NCBI GenBank assembly: GCA_964558645.1
Contig: CAZLEV010000011.1
Coordinates: forward strand, 56,385 to 120,384
Direction of reading: 5' to 3'
DNA from: an uncultured archaeon
GTDB lineage: Archaea; Asgardarchaeota; Thorarchaeia; Thorarchaeales; Thorarchaeaceae
DNA length: 64,000 nt
Part shown: in pieces, positions 48,242 through 58,005 of the stretch
How positions within the stretch are numbered: position 1 is the stretch's first letter
Layout: every line of letters begins with the position of its first letter
The notes under the pieces: generated by a model
What the model was told of the DNA's origin: nothing
The model's input: only the letters and a program-made list of their open reading frames with translations
Database searches by the model: none
Position numbers and translations under genes: made by a program

Positions 48242-49771
48242 TCAGTCCCATTTTATGTCCGAGATTGACTCATAGAGACGCTTATACTTCTCGTAGCCAA
48301 CATCATAGACTCTTCGATGCTCAGGAGTCGGCGTTAGCGGCTGTTCTTCTCGGACCATTTCGTCTGCAGCCTCAACCACCGAGTCGAATATGCCCACACC
48401 CTTGCAGGCAAGGATGGCGGCTCCCAGCGCGGTGGCCTCCTCCATCTCGGTACGAATGACGGGGATATTGAGCACATCAGACTGGATCTGCATCCAAGTA
48501 CTACTTCTTGCCGCTCCGCCGGTCACTCGTATTTCAGAGACTGGTAGTCCCATATCTCGTACGACTTCAAGGTTGCCACGAATCTCATAGGCAACTCCCT
48601 CCAGTATGGCGCGCAGCAAATGGTCTCTCTCGTGACCAAGTGCGAGACCTGCAAATATCCCTCGGGCATGTGGATTCCAGTGAGGAGCTCCAGCTCCAAC
48701 AAAGTGGGGAATGTGAATCACACCCTCTGAGCCGGCAGGAACCTTGCTTGCCTCTTCCGTCATGACATCATAGGGGTCAACGCCTCTCTCTTGAGCGATC
48801 TTGCATTCCTCAGTTCCAAGATTGTCTCGGAACCATCGCAGTGCCGACCCTGTTGTGAACATGCTTGCCTCAACAACAAATGCACCGGGAACCACATGCC
48901 GACTGCACACAACTCGCCGTTTGGGGTCTCGTCGTGCAGTCTCAGAGAAGACAAGCATGAAAGTACCAGTCCCAGTTGTGCATTTCGTCGAGCCCTCTCT
49001 GACCACTCCAACACCAAGCGCTGCACACTGTTGATCCCCTCCACCTGCAACCACAGGAGTACCAGATTTGAGTCCACTCTCTGAGGCGGCCTTCTCAGAG
49101 ACCTCACCCACCAACTGCCCGGGCTCCACTGTTTCGGGAAGCTTCTCCTCGGGAATCTGCATCCCATCTAAGAGGTAATCAGACCATGTGCCCGCTTCAA
49201 TGTCAAATAACATGGTTCGACTGGCATTCGAAAAGTCAGTCACATAACGGCCTGTAAGGCGGTGTAGAATGAAATCATGTACCAACAGGAAGCAATCCGC
49301 TTCGTCGAAGATATTTGGTTCATGCTCTTGAATCCATAGAAGCTTCGGTGCGGTGAAGTAGGGGTCAACAGTCAGACCAGTTATGTCATATACATCCTGA
49401 ACGGGAATCCTCTCACGTATCAGGTCGCACTGTGGAACGGTCCTCCGATCCTGCCAGACAATCGCATTCCGCAATGGTGTCCCCTCAGCATCCACAGGCA
49501 CGACGGTCTCTCGCTGATTGGTCACACTCAGTCCGGCTATCCGCTCGGGGGAAAGACCTCCATCCTTCAGTGCTCTTCTAATTGTGGAACATGCAGTCGC
49601 CCACCATCTGCTTGCATCTTGTTCAACCCACGAAGGCCGGGGATAGATGTTCTCGAACTCCTGGTAAGCGCGAGCAACAGGGCGACCCGAAGAATCGAAA
49701 ATCATGCTGCGAACACCGGTCGTTCCAGCGTCTATGGCCAAGACAAGCTCTTTCATTGCTCTCTCCGACAA
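48242..49771 (-). CDS. FGGY-family carbohydrate kinase (xylulose/glycerol kinase-like)
   Basis: DAGTTG, EQDA, TNQRET, WQDRR, YFTAPK, SNASRT, GDQQ, GTGTF, LEGVA. Confidence 0.93.
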   Translation of the reverse strand: MSERAMKELVLAIDAGTTGVRSMIFDSSGRPVARAYQEFENIYPRPSWVEQDASRWWATACSTIRRALKDGGLSPERIAGLSVTNQRETVVPVDAEGTPLRNAIVWQDRRTVPQCDLIRERIPVQDVYDITGLTVDPYFTAPKLLWIQEHEPNIFDEADCFLLVHDFILHRLTGRYVTDFSNASRTMLFDIEAGTWSDYLLDGMQIPEEKLPETVEPGQLVGEVSEKAASESGLKSGTPVVAGGGDQQCAALGVGVVREGSTKCTTGTGTFMLVFSETARRDPKRRVVCSRHVVPGAFVVEASMFTTGSALRWFRDNLGTEECKIAQERGVDPYDVMTEEASKVPAGSEGVIHIPHFVGAGAPHWNPHARGIFAGLALGHERDHLLRAILEGVAYEIRGNLEVVRDMGLPVSEIRVTGGAARSSTWMQIQSDVLNIPVIRTEMEEATALGAAILACKGVGIFDSVVEAADEMVREEQPLTPTPEHRRVYDVGYEKYKRLYESISDIKWD

Positions 49772-49806
49772 TGCTGACGCAATGGCAGGATAAGAAGACT
49801 TCGCGA

Positions 49807-50091
49807 CTATCTGTAGCTCTCCTCTGTGGCAATGACCTCGCGAATATCCCGCCTGAAATCAATCAATGCCATCTTGAGCTCGGCGTCTTTCTTGATCTGG
49901 GCCTCTCGTTTCATTGCATCTCCCCTAGAATCATATTCTTCTAAATGCACGAGGTATTCAGGTCGGTGCATTCGTAGATAGGTTGCGCCACCTGTTCCTG
50001 AGAGATGCTCTTTGAACCGCCGCGCTAGATCGTTGGTCTGTCCTGTGTAGTAGGTCCCATCCTCGGTCTCGATGATGTAGACGAAATACAT
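49807..50091 (-). CDS. Small GIY-YIG nuclease (UPF0213-like)
   Basis: YFVYII...YYTGQT...RRFKEH..G.G..Y...A.KRE..IK. Confidence 0.88.
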   Translation of the reverse strand: MYFVYIIETEDGTYYTGQTNDLARRFKEHLSGTGGATYLRMHRPEYLVHLEEYDSRGDAMKREAQIKKDAELKMALIDFRRDIREVIATEESYR

Positions 50092-50165
50092 TCAGACACA
50101 TCCAGGCCTCAGTATCGCTCAGAGCTTTTAGTGGTTACTGATACGCAGATATGCGTAGATGGTTC

Positions 50166-50684
50166 TCAGCGGTTCCCGTAGTTGACCTCGTTGATTGACC
50201 GAATCTCTGTGGTCTCCAAGTAGCTGTCCATAGCGAACATGGTTATTGTGCGTTCTACTGACGGAATCTCCCGGAGAAAATCGACGATGAACGAGTTCAT
50301 CTCTTCAACACTCGGCGCTCTCACCTTGAGAAGCACATCCCATTCTCCACTGATGACCTGAACCTCTTGCACAAAGGGATGCAGGGCTATCTCTCTGCAG
50401 AACTCGCGTTGTGATACCATCTCGGCCTTTCCGGGTATCCTGTATCGCACTCGAACCAGAATGAAGCCCAAGGTCGGACGGCCCATCTTCTTTGCATCAA
50501 GGACTGCGGTGTACTTCTTGATCACCCCATCATCTTCCAGACGCTTCAGTCGGGAATGGACAGTTGAGATACCCTTGTCCACCGTCCGGGACATATCAGA
50601 GATTGTTGTCTTGCAGTCTCTCTGAAGAATCGAGAGCAGCACACGATCCACCTCATCCATCTCAACCGAAATATTTTCGTTCAT
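50166..50684 (-). CDS. Lrp/AsnC family regulator (start possibly ATG 50660)
   Basis: MDEVDRVLL..LQ.D, STVHSRLKRLEDDGVIKKY, ISGEWD. Confidence 0.93.
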   Translation of the reverse strand: MNENISVEMDEVDRVLLSILQRDCKTTISDMSRTVDKGISTVHSRLKRLEDDGVIKKYTAVLDAKKMGRPTLGFILVRVRYRIPGKAEMVSQREFCREIALHPFVQEVQVISGEWDVLLKVRAPSVEEMNSFIVDFLREIPSVERTITMFAMDSYLETTEIRSINEVNYGNR

Positions 50685-50732
50685 GATTCCAACTTGCCGA
50701 ATGAAACTGAAATACTTACCGATATTTGCCGA
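50666..50732. promoter_or_regulatory. Putative Lrp operator array between lrp and the glnA-like gene
   Basis: Palindrome CGAAA-TAT-TTTCG (50667-50679); CCGA at 50666, 50697, 50719, 50729. Confidence 0.45.
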
Positions 50733-50875
50733 AAAGAATTATATCATCAGGGAGCGACCCATGCCTAGCCACCAGCGAATATGCTGTTGATTCGCCCCTT
50801 AACACACACCGGCAGTATACTGGGACGAGGCCTGTCGCTAGGTGACTGAAACATCGAATCGGATGATAGAAACTG

Positions 50876-52177
50876 ATGAAAGAGAACAGGAATGAGCACA
50901 GATTCTTGCGGCTGATATTCACGGGTCTTGATGGACTCTCCCGATCACTGGAGATTGCATCGGAGCACATGGACTCGCTGTATGAAGAGGGCGTTTATTT
51001 CGACGGTTCTTCGGTTCCGGGATATGCACCTGTCAATAACAGTGACATGCTCTTGATGCCTGCATGGGACAAGCCACGAGTATGTCCGTGGTCGGGGAAT
51101 GTCGCGATGGTGCTATGCAGTGCCTACTCAGAGCCCGGGGTGCCAGCTCTCGGAGATCCTAGGCACCTGGTCGCATCTATGTCACAGAAACTTAGGAATG
51201 CAGGACTTGTTCTTCAGATAGGCTGCGAGCTGGAGTTCTTCTTGGTGACCAATGCAGCAACAGGAGAGGTAATCCCTGCCGACCGAGGAGGGTATATGGC
51301 CTCATATCCAGCAGACAGGGGTCTGTATCTACGAAGAAACATAATTGGGGCACTTCACCAGCTTGACATTCCGGTTGTCGCTCATCATCACGAGGTGTCG
51401 CAGGGGCAACATGAGATAGTCTTGAAGCATGGTGACGCAACTACGACAGCAGACAGCATTGCTCTCGCAAGACTTGTCACCTCGGAGATGGCTGGACGTG
51501 AAGGTCTGACGGCCACTTTCATGCCCAAACCGTTTACCAACATGAATGGGAACGGACTGCACCTCCATCAGAGCATCTGGGACTCGAAGGCGCAACAGAA
51601 TCTCTTCGCAATGGCCTCCGGAGAGAATCTCTCAGAGATGGCTCTATCGTATGTGGCGGGAATCCTTGAGCATGCCGAGGCTCTCAGTGCAATCGTGTCG
51701 CCAACAGTGAATTCCTACAAGAGACTAAGGCCGTTCTTCGAGGCGCCCACAACTGTCGCATGGGGACGGAGTAACAGGTCATCGATGATCAGAATTCCAA
51801 TGACCTCAGGTGATTTGAGAGAACAGCGAATCGAGATGCGCTGTCCCGATCCATCGTGTAGCCCACATCTGGCCATCGCCGCCATCATGGCTGCGGGACT
51901 CGACGGGATAGAGAGAGAGCTCACACCATCTGAATCAAGAGAGGACAACCTGTTTGAGGATAGCAGAGATACCCGTCAGCTTCCCCACTCCCTTCTAGAC
52001 GCACTTGAACATCTCAAGAGAAGCTCCGCGCTACGAGATGCACTGGGGACTGATATAATCGATACTGTCGTGAGGTTGCGAGAGAAAGAGTGGAAAGAAT
52101 ACAACATGACCATAGGTGAGCAGGATCCTGAGGGAATCAGCGAGTGGGAGATTGAGAGGTATCTGCAGGCGACATAG
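50876..52177 (+). CDS. Glutamine synthetase type I family protein
   Basis: FDGSS, ELEFF, HHEV..GQHEI, TFMPKP, GNGLHLHQS, NSYKRL, NRS..IRIP, RIEMR.PD. Confidence 0.88.
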   Translation: MKENRNEHRFLRLIFTGLDGLSRSLEIASEHMDSLYEEGVYFDGSSVPGYAPVNNSDMLLMPAWDKPRVCPWSGNVAMVLCSAYSEPGVPALGDPRHLVASMSQKLRNAGLVLQIGCELEFFLVTNAATGEVIPADRGGYMASYPADRGLYLRRNIIGALHQLDIPVVAHHHEVSQGQHEIVLKHGDATTTADSIALARLVTSEMAGREGLTATFMPKPFTNMNGNGLHLHQSIWDSKAQQNLFAMASGENLSEMALSYVAGILEHAEALSAIVSPTVNSYKRLRPFFEAPTTVAWGRSNRSSMIRIPMTSGDLREQRIEMRCPDPSCSPHLAIAAIMAAGLDGIERELTPSESREDNLFEDSRDTRQLPHSLLDALEHLKRSSALRDALGTDIIDTVVRLREKEWKEYNMTIGEQDPEGISEWEIERYLQAT

Positions 52178-52402
52178 ATGCATCTGCTGACATCACTCCG
52201 TTCGGGGGGAACAGAACCCGAAGGAAAGAGAGTCCAGTAGAGCATCACGAAGAACTCAGTGAGGAAGCCATTCAGTCAACGAACCGGAGGCAACTCCTCT
52301 AATTGTCATTCTGCACTTGGTCTATGTGCTCGGCGTGCGAACTGTCATTGTGGTTCTGTTCTCACCATAGTGACTCGATATACTCTGGTGGGAGGCACGG
52401 CC

Positions 52403-54112
52403 TCAGCCAAGCAGCTTCCTTAGTTCCTTGACACTCAGGCGATTGACTATACAATCCTGCTCAATCCAACCTCTCTGCGCATTCCCCACGCCAATCTCCA
52501 TGTATCTAAGATGATCAACACTATGCGCGTCGGTGCCCAGTGAGAACTGGATGTCATATTCACGAGCCTGGAAGAGGTTGTCATCCGACAGGTCCATTCG
52601 AGTAGGAAACGAGTTGATCTCAAGCAGTGTGCCTTGCTCTTCTGCAGCTTCATAGACCGTGGGCAAATCAACAGGCAGGGGGTCTCTCTCTTGAATCAGG
52701 CGACCTGTTGGATGCCCGATCACATCAACATGCTCATTGTGTATCGCGGACAGTAGCCGGTCGGTAATCTTCTCCTTATCTTGGCGATACCCAGAATGAA
52801 TTGCTGCCACAACAACCTCGAGCTTCTCCAATGTGTCTTCAGCAAGGTCGAGTCTACCGTCCGAGCCGATATTGACCTCGGCTCCAGATAGCACGATGAA
52901 ATCGTCCATCTCGTCATTGACCTCATCAATTTCCTTCTGGCGTTCATCAAACTCCGCCTCGTCAAGTCCCTGAGCAATCGGTAGTGCTTGGGAGTGGTCT
53001 GTGAGAGCCATGTACTCGTAGCCTTGGGATTTCGCAGCCTCGGCCATCTCTCTGATAGAGTGTTCGCCCTCACTCCAATTACTGTGAACGTGCAGATCAC
53101 ATTGGATATCTTCGAGTGTGATTACGTCAGGAAGTGAGTTTTCCTCAGCCGCCTCAATCTCACCACGATTCTCACGGAGTTGTGGCAGGATATACCGGAG
53201 CCCTAGTTTCTCATAGATTGCCTCCTCTGTCTTCGAGGCAATGTTCTCGCCACTATCGCGCGCTGCAAGGCCGTACTCGTTGAGTTTCCAGTCCTTGTCG
53301 ATTGCTTGCTTTCTCAGAGCAACGTTGTGTGCCTTTGAACCTGTGAAGTACAACAGAGCCGCACCGAAATGGTCCTCTTCGATGACAAGCAAATCGACCT
53401 GAAGATCATTACTCAAAACACAGGTGCTCTTACGTTCCCCTCTGGACAAGATGCTCTTCACCTCTGGCAACCCCGTAAAGAAGTCCATGACATCCGCGGG
53501 CTCTGTAGACGTCACCAGGATATCTGCATCTCCAATTGTGGCACGCTGCCGGCGCACAGAACCGGCCACTTCTACCCTGATTACACTTTCACGGTGTCGA
53601 AGCCTGTCTACGATATCTTTGATATCCGGAAGCATGAAACCGAGAATGAACCGGTCACTTGACCTACGATACATCTCGATGCCATCCAAGATTCGTTTCT
53701 CTGTCTTCTCACCAAATCCCTCAAGTTCTCGGATTCTACCACTCTTGGCCGCCTTCTCCAGTTCTCCCACAGTGGTGATGTCAAGTTGTTCGTACAGTTT
53801 GTCCGCCGTCTTCGGCCCAATGCCCTCGATATTCATCAGAGTGCGCAGTCTTACAGGCTGATCAGCTCTAAGCTCTTTCAGGTACTCAAGCTGTCCAGTG
53901 TCGAGGTACTCCTTGATCTTCGCAGCGATGCTCTCTCCAACGCCCGGAATCTGGTCTAGCTCGTCACGTTTCCTCACTTCGGATATTCCTTCAGACAGCG
54001 TCTCTATATTGCGAGCTGCCCGCCTGTACGCCCGAGGCTTCCAGTCCACTCCTTTGATCTCAAGAAGGTCGGCAATCTCGTACAGAATATCTGCAACTTC
54101 TTGATTACGCAT
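52403..54112 (-). CDS. polX: DNA polymerase X with C-terminal PHP domain
   Basis: HhH motifs (IPGVG, IEGIGPK), GSVRR, GDAD, VDL, YFTGS; PHP motifs HVHS, TDH, HPTGR, DAH. Confidence 0.96.
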   Translation of the reverse strand: MRNQEVADILYEIADLLEIKGVDWKPRAYRRAARNIETLSEGISEVRKRDELDQIPGVGESIAAKIKEYLDTGQLEYLKELRADQPVRLRTLMNIEGIGPKTADKLYEQLDITTVGELEKAAKSGRIRELEGFGEKTEKRILDGIEMYRRSSDRFILGFMLPDIKDIVDRLRHRESVIRVEVAGSVRRQRATIGDADILVTSTEPADVMDFFTGLPEVKSILSRGERKSTCVLSNDLQVDLLVIEEDHFGAALLYFTGSKAHNVALRKQAIDKDWKLNEYGLAARDSGENIASKTEEAIYEKLGLRYILPQLRENRGEIEAAEENSLPDVITLEDIQCDLHVHSNWSEGEHSIREMAEAAKSQGYEYMALTDHSQALPIAQGLDEAEFDERQKEIDEVNDEMDDFIVLSGAEVNIGSDGRLDLAEDTLEKLEVVVAAIHSGYRQDKEKITDRLLSAIHNEHVDVIGHPTGRLIQERDPLPVDLPTVYEAAEEQGTLLEINSFPTRMDLSDDNLFQAREYDIQFSLGTDAHSVDHLRYMEIGVGNAQRGWIEQDCIVNRLSVKELRKLLG

Positions 54113-54410
54113 CGGAAATGCTCACTCCTGTCCATACTCCATTCGTGGAGATTGAGAATGGGGAACCTTGTCGCCAACCTCTTGGTGATTGCAGATGGAG
54201 AAGGATTCTGCCCTCCTTGTTAGCATCCATCTGAACGCCGCTGGTGCTCGCCAGGACGTCTCCAGACTCCGGATCGGTGCAAACCACAAAGGAGTCTGGA
54301 TGGGTACTAGAAGAAGCATCGACAGAGAAATCAATCATCCAATCGTCGGAGGGTGTTCCTTCGACCGTTTCAGAATAGTCATTGAGCTCGGCGAACTCCA
54401 AAGATTCCAT
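54105..54410 (-). CDS. Hypothetical protein overlapping the polX start
   Basis: 101 aa; 8-nt overlap with polX suggests translational coupling. Confidence 0.45.
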   Translation of the reverse strand: MESLEFAELNDYSETVEGTPSDDWMIDFSVDASSSTHPDSFVVCTDPESGDVLASTSGVQMDANKEGRILLHLQSPRGWRQGSPFSISTNGVWTGVSISDA

Positions 54411-54606
54411 CGACCTAATTAAATATAGTTTATACTTCTTTTATATCTTCCAGAAGATGAGCCTGATGGGGAGTTGCGAGAAATGCGGAAACCTAGGACT
54501 TAACTATAGTGACCGTGCATAGCTAATGTGAGAAGAGATGCCCCATCCACGATATCCACTGAGGATATGGGATGTAGAGAGCATTTCTTCGCATAGAGGA
54601 TACACG

Positions 54607-55377
54607 ATGTTAGAGAAGACGAAAAAGCTATACGGATACACAGTCAAGGCTGAAGATGGAGATGCAGGCGAAGTCGTTTCGATGCTCTTTGATGACCGAG
54701 ATTGGGACATCAATTATCTCGTTGTTGACACGGGCTCATGGCTTGCGGGGCGAAGAGTGCTTCTATCAACAGAAGCGGTGAAAATAGTGTCGTGGAAGAA
54801 CGATACGGTAGTCACGAACCTAACAACTAGGAAAATCAAGGATAGCCCCACAGTCGATTTAGATAAGCCTGTTTCTGAGGAGGAGCTTGTAGAGCTACAC
54901 CGTTACTACGGCTGGGCCTCCTTCCGTCCGGGAATTCTCCCCGGCGCGCCGGTTGCGGTCCCAGGAACTGCGATGCCAATCTCTCAAACAATGGAGTACA
55001 AGATAACGGATGAGTCTCGTGGTGAAGAACTTCCCCAAGAGGAGATTGAAAGGCATCTCAGGAGTACCCGAGAGGTCAGTAGCTACCGAGTAGAGGCGGA
55101 GGAGGAAACAATAGGGTATGTACAAGACCTTCTCTTTGAGACTGACGACTGGACCATTCGATACTTCGTTGTTGACGCTGGCGGCATCATGGAAGAGAAG
55201 GAGATATTGCTCTCACGGGACTGGGTTCGTTCCTTGGATTGGCTTAAGCGAGAGATCGATATGGCCATAACAATCGATGCGGTGAAGGATGCCCCGGATT
55301 TTGGCAAGGGAAAGTCCTATCGAAAGGAAGATGAACAGGTTCTCTATGAACACTATGGCAAAGATCTCTACTGGTAG
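54607..55377 (+). CDS. Tandem PRC-barrel domain protein
   Basis: Two repeats GY.V.A.DG..G.V..LFD...W.I.Y.VVD.G; LHRYYG. Confidence 0.88.
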   Translation: MLEKTKKLYGYTVKAEDGDAGEVVSMLFDDRDWDINYLVVDTGSWLAGRRVLLSTEAVKIVSWKNDTVVTNLTTRKIKDSPTVDLDKPVSEEELVELHRYYGWASFRPGILPGAPVAVPGTAMPISQTMEYKITDESRGEELPQEEIERHLRSTREVSSYRVEAEEETIGYVQDLLFETDDWTIRYFVVDAGGIMEEKEILLSRDWVRSLDWLKREIDMAITIDAVKDAPDFGKGKSYRKEDEQVLYEHYGKDLYW

Positions 55378-55394
55378 CAGGAAGATGAAGAACC

Positions 55395-55988
55395 ATGCCG
55401 TCAGATGATCCACTGAGAGAATATCGGGAAAAGAGGGACTTCAGCAAGACTCCAGAACCTGAGGGAGGTACAATTCAGGGTCACGAAAATCCGGTATTTG
55501 TGGTGCAAAAGCATGACGCCAGCAGACTTCACTACGACCTCAGGCTCGAGGTGGATGGGGTACTCAAGTCATGGGCTATACCAAAGGGCCCATCTGTCGA
55601 CCCAAGTGTGAAACGGCTGGCTGTGCCAACAGAAGATCATGCCCTGGAATACGCGGACTTTGAAGGTGTGATTCCAGAGGGCGAGTACGGAGCAGGCCCA
55701 GTCATCGTTTGGGACATCGGCATCTATCGGAACAAACGCATGGAGAAGGAGGAGGACAAGAAGACCATGCAGGAGTCGATAGATGATGGCAAGGTCGAGG
55801 TATGGTTGGAAGGGGACAAGCTCAAGGGGGGCTTTGTCCTGATTCGGACAGGAGGAGGAGATGACGAACGGTGGTTACTCATCAAAATGAAGGACGATGA
55901 GGCCAAACCGGATACGGATATCCTCTCCGAGAAGCCGAACTCCGCGTTAAGCGGTAAGGGCATAGACGAGATTGATGAGGAAAAATAG
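55395..55988 (+). CDS. Stand-alone LigD 3'-phosphoesterase (PE) domain protein
   Basis: [43 protein letters not shown]...Y..FEG.IP..YGAG.V..WD.G. Confidence 0.93.
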   Translation: MPSDDPLREYREKRDFSKTPEPEGGTIQGHENPVFVVQKHDASRLHYDLRLEVDGVLKSWAIPKGPSVDPSVKRLAVPTEDHALEYADFEGVIPEGEYGAGPVIVWDIGIYRNKRMEKEEDKKTMQESIDDGKVEVWLEGDKLKGGFVLIRTGGGDDERWLLIKMKDDEAKPDTDILSEKPNSALSGKGIDEIDEEK

Positions 55989-56057
55989 AGAATCGTATCT
56001 GCGGAAGCAAACTAGACCACTTACTCCAGTCGTCGTTCCAGACAGCCTTGTCATCTC

Positions 56058-57866
56058 TCATGTTTTCTTGTAGAGGTAGACACCTAGCGCTACCACACAG
56101 ACGCCCCCTATGCTTACGAAGACCCAAAAGATCCAGTCTACAGGGGTGGGTGGTGGTGGTGACGGTGCCATCTCGCTCAGATATGCAACATATGTAGGGT
56201 CATGTGATAATGACAGGCCTTCATATTGCGGATAGGTGACCCTGTAGAGGAGACCGCTGGTCCGGTAATCCAGATCTAGGTCCAGCTCGGAGTCAGTTAT
56301 TCGAGGAAGAAAGGCATTGAGGAATCCCTGTAAGACCCAAAGGGGAAAAGGAAAGTGGTCCCGCCGTATCCGAGGATTCACATTCTCGGAGGGGCACGCA
56401 GATACTGTGACAGGTAGAGTAGAGGGAGGTTCTGTAGAGAGGGTGTAGTTGTCTGCAAAGGACATTGAGTAGAATTCCGTCTGGTTTCCTGAGATACTTG
56501 CATTGTTCATGGGTACTGTGTCGAACTCCGAGATGCTTGAGTCATAGAAGGAGTCCTCGACGAAGACATCTGTATCGTTGGCACTAGAGAACAACAGTGT
56601 CGTATGGAGGGCAGATAGACTGAGACCCTCGAAGGATACTCCCGGGTGAACCGCATGGAACCAGGTGATGGGACCGAGTTTGAAGGTGGTCTTGAGCTGA
56701 GAGGTGTTACCGATGAGCGAGTATTCATAGCTGTGTTCGAGAAACTCAGCGGTCAATATGGCCCCCTCATATTCGCCACCGACCCGTTGGAGAGGATGGA
56801 TGAGAAAGCCCGTCACGCCAACATAACGGACACCCCATCGATATGTGCGTATACCTCCTGAGTCATCAATCGTGACGGGTTGAGGCACTATGCTCTCCGA
56901 GAAATTGAGGGCATAGTAGTATTCGACCTCTGTGACACCGAGATCATAGTCTGCGTCCACGAAGCCGTTGCCATTGGTATCGTTGTACAGCTCGTACATC
57001 AGTGTAGAATGACCGACCAAGAGCTCGGAGCCGTCGGGAGCATAGTAATGCTGCACTACAAAACTCAGGCTGGGACAGAAGAAATCGATCTCTGAGTCTG
57101 CATGGGCTATGTATATCACTTCACTGAGCCCTGTGTCAATCCAGGTGTACCACAGTGAGATGTCTGTCAGGTATCCACTTGAGTAAGGAGCATCGATTGG
57201 TACTGGGTCAACTGCATCATTCGGGATGTACCTGACGTAGAGATGGGCATTCATGCCTGGACCCGGGAGACCATGGTAAGACCACAGTCGCTCCGACCCG
57301 TTGCTCCTCGCGCGGAGCACAAAGGTGATGTTGTTCGATGCCGAACCCTTCTGGACCCCGCTAGTCACCTGAAATCTGTAATAGCCCGAGCTCCACGTTC
57401 CCCTATGAATATCCTGTGGATGGGAATCGATGTTTTCCCATGGAGCGTTGTTCCACGTGAGGGTCGCCTCATGCCAGTCATTGTTTGAGCAGTAGAATGC
57501 CGCAACCTCTAGGCCCTCTCCGTCCATGTCCTTACGAGGGAGCAGCAAGTCAGCCTCCGTGACCAGATCCGTCGATTCAACATAGGAGAGGTTGAACTTC
57601 AGGAACACCACAGACTCGTATGTGACTCCGCCAGACTCATCCATGCCCACCTCTAGCTCCAATTGCAGGCCAAAATTCGAGTCCGGCTGGCTGGACTTGA
57701 CGTGGGCATCGCACTCTGTATAGACAGAGTAGACCGATTCCAGATCTTTCCCCGTTGGCACCGTGCGCGTCGGCTCTGCTGCAAGAGCGATAGTGTCCGG
57801 TAGCAAGAATGAAAGAAGAATCAGACATACGAACGTCTTTGCGCTAGTCCCCAGCATGGATCTCAC
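56058..57866 (-). CDS. Membrane-anchored surface glycoprotein with N-terminal DNRLRE/CBM96-like domain
   Basis: Signal peptide; DAHV....PDSNFG...L.VG...FLKFNL...W.E.TLTWNNAP; Pro-rich stalk + C-terminal TM + KK. Confidence 0.75.
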   Translation of the reverse strand: MRSMLGTSAKTFVCLILLSFLLPDTIALAAEPTRTVPTGKDLESVYSVYTECDAHVKSSQPDSNFGLQLELEVGMDESGGVTYESVVFLKFNLSYVESTDLVTEADLLLPRKDMDGEGLEVAAFYCSNNDWHEATLTWNNAPWENIDSHPQDIHRGTWSSGYYRFQVTSGVQKGSASNNITFVLRARSNGSERLWSYHGLPGPGMNAHLYVRYIPNDAVDPVPIDAPYSSGYLTDISLWYTWIDTGLSEVIYIAHADSEIDFFCPSLSFVVQHYYAPDGSELLVGHSTLMYELYNDTNGNGFVDADYDLGVTEVEYYYALNFSESIVPQPVTIDDSGGIRTYRWGVRYVGVTGFLIHPLQRVGGEYEGAILTAEFLEHSYEYSLIGNTSQLKTTFKLGPITWFHAVHPGVSFEGLSLSALHTTLLFSSANDTDVFVEDSFYDSSISEFDTVPMNNASISGNQTEFYSMSFADNYTLSTEPPSTLPVTVSACPSENVNPRIRRDHFPFPLWVLQGFLNAFLPRITDSELDLDLDYRTSGLLYRVTYPQYEGLSLSHDPTYVAYLSEMAPSPPPPTPVDWIFWVFVSIGGVCVVALGVYLYKKT

Positions 57867-58005
57867 CAGTTTCCTCCCAGTGATAACATGGTATGCTGCC
57901 GAATCAAGATAGGTCTTTTGCAGGATTAGATGTCCCCCCGCGAAACAACTATAATAGGCAAGAAGAAGGCCGGGCTATCGTGATAGCTCCATCTGCATTG
58001 CGTTT

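Noticed and set aside
49807-50091. Homing endonuclease or mobile element
   Set aside because: A 94-aa stand-alone UPF0213-type protein with no intron, terminal repeats or target duplication
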